Below, piece by piece: positions 62,639-64,000 of a stretch of 64,000 nt of DNA. The position numbers and the translations under genes are program-made. Within the stretch, counting starts at the first letter, position 1, and each line of letters opens with the position of its first letter. Source of the DNA: Enoplolaimus lenunculus. Taxonomy: Eukaryota. The notes below the pieces were generated by a model that searched no databases, was not told the DNA's origin, and worked only from the letters and a program-made list of their open reading frames with translations. The DNA is taken from positions 372,001 to 436,000 of the forward strand of contig JASANG010000932.1 in the NCBI GenBank assembly GCA_030248215.1, written 5' to 3'.

Positions 62639-63530
62639 ACAACCAAGAGTGGATGATCACTCTTTATAACAAGAGTGTGCAGCTGGGTACATTCTGTGTA
62701 TTAAAGAATGTACCCGGCACGTGTTGCGTTTTTGGCCTACCCCCCTTGTTTAGAGGGGTCTGTATGCAGTTTTATACCGTAGTAATGCTAGGAGCAAATT
62801 GTAACCCCCTTGTTTAACGGACGGGGTAGGTGTACTGAAGCATACCGTTAATCTCTTGCTTAAACCCCCCGATTGAGTGGGGGATCGAACAAAAATGCAA
62901 CGCGTGCTGGTACATTCTTTAATACACAGAATGTACCCAGTTGCACAGTCTTGTCAAAAAAAGGACCACCCCCCAACACAGGAACCCCCCAAAGAAACAC
63001 CCTGGCCTACCCCCCTTATTTGGGGAATGTTGAACCAATATTTTGAATTTTAGCTAGTCGCTCCGATTATATTTTACTCCTGTGTTTACTATGAGATTAG
63101 TGGTGACTACCCCCCAAAAAAATGCACGCGTGCTGGTAGATATTGTACCATGCACAGCCCACAGTTGCACACTCTTCTGCAAGGTGGACATCATCCACTC
63201 TTGATACAACCAAGAGTGGATGATTACTTTAACAAGGTTGTGCAACTACCGAAATTTGTGTGGTGCAAAATGTTCCACCGGGCGCTGCATTTTTGGCCGA
63301 CCCCCCTTGTTTAGAGGGGGTCGCTATCACATGAATACCTCTAAATTAAACTATAAGGGGAGCATGTTTGACGCCGCATAGATAAAGTACCGCGTTTCGC
63401 ACCTGTTGTACCCCCTTCTAAATAAAGGGGGTTGGCCAAAAACGCAACGCGTGTCGGATACATTCTTTTGTACACAGAATGTGCCCAGTTGCACACTCAT
63501 GTTAAATAGCGATTAACCACACTTGATAGA
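62639..63530. mobile_element. Two adjacent palindromic (foldback-like) elements in the NCX intron
   Basis: CAACCAAGAGTGGATGAT ends; inverted arms GTGCAGCTGGGTACATTCTGTGTATTAAAGAATGTACC / GGTACATTCTTTAATACACAGAATGTACCCAGTTGCAC; related element at ~50620-50858. Confidence 0.6.
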
Positions 63531-64000
63531 ACCAATCACGCCGTTCATATTCTTGAATTCACTTTGATCCGGTACAGACAACCGAAATTAAATGTCCAAA
63601 GTAGTGGCTTTAAATTTCAAAATATTTACCTGACCTTCAGATGCAGGAACTAGAATTTTTACGGTTTTGTGGCAAATCATTCGTAATCATTTAAATATTG
63701 GAAACTTTGTTGTTGAAAAATCGTTATTTCCTAATGAGTGTTTTTGAAATTTGTTCAATTTTGTTAATAAACTGTTTCTTATGGCGTGGTTTCGCCAAAT
63801 TTGATGATAAAATAGCTGAAAATTAGCTTGAAGCCATTTTTGGCAAGTTTTCTAAAAAGTCCTACGATAATTGGTAATGACATTTATTTCAAATTCCGGT
63901 TCCAGTTCCTGTTCCAGCAAAATTTAATTTCTGTTGAAACCCTGATATAATATATAGTTGAATCTATATGAAGAAACATCTTAAAATGTTGGTTGTGGTG

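Overview
Intron-rich, AT-rich eukaryotic DNA, probably from a nematode (inference from TTAGGC repeats, TTTCAG acceptors and a CBM14/EB-module cuticle-type protein). Hand-spliced genes: RPL37 (minus, 4 exons), a DNAJC25-like J-domain protein (plus, 12 exons), a G-alpha-s gene (plus), a ~1048-aa secreted Cys/Pro/Gln-rich protein with two chitin-binding-like domains and EB-like modules (plus, 12 exons), and the first coding exon of a Na+/Ca2+ exchanger. Two observations stand out. (1) The G-alpha-s gene has two intact, duplicated terminal exons. One gives the canonical ...HLRQYELL C-terminus; the other gives a divergent ...HLRRNGLL receptor-coupling helix plus a PKA-type RRKS site. (2) An intron of the Cys-rich gene holds a nested antisense ORF shaped like a prepro-peptide: signal peptide, C-x5-C-x5-C-x5-C core, then FRQF-G-KR. 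A tentative micro-exon transcription unit lies just upstream of RPL37. Non-coding DNA is dense with MITE families (telomere-repeat-carrying, piggyBac-type with a tRNA-like core, CMC-type, hAT-type, Helentron-type), plus a LINE remnant, a ~1-kb (TTG)n tract and a 145-bp tandem repeat. All gene models were assembled by eye without transcript data.
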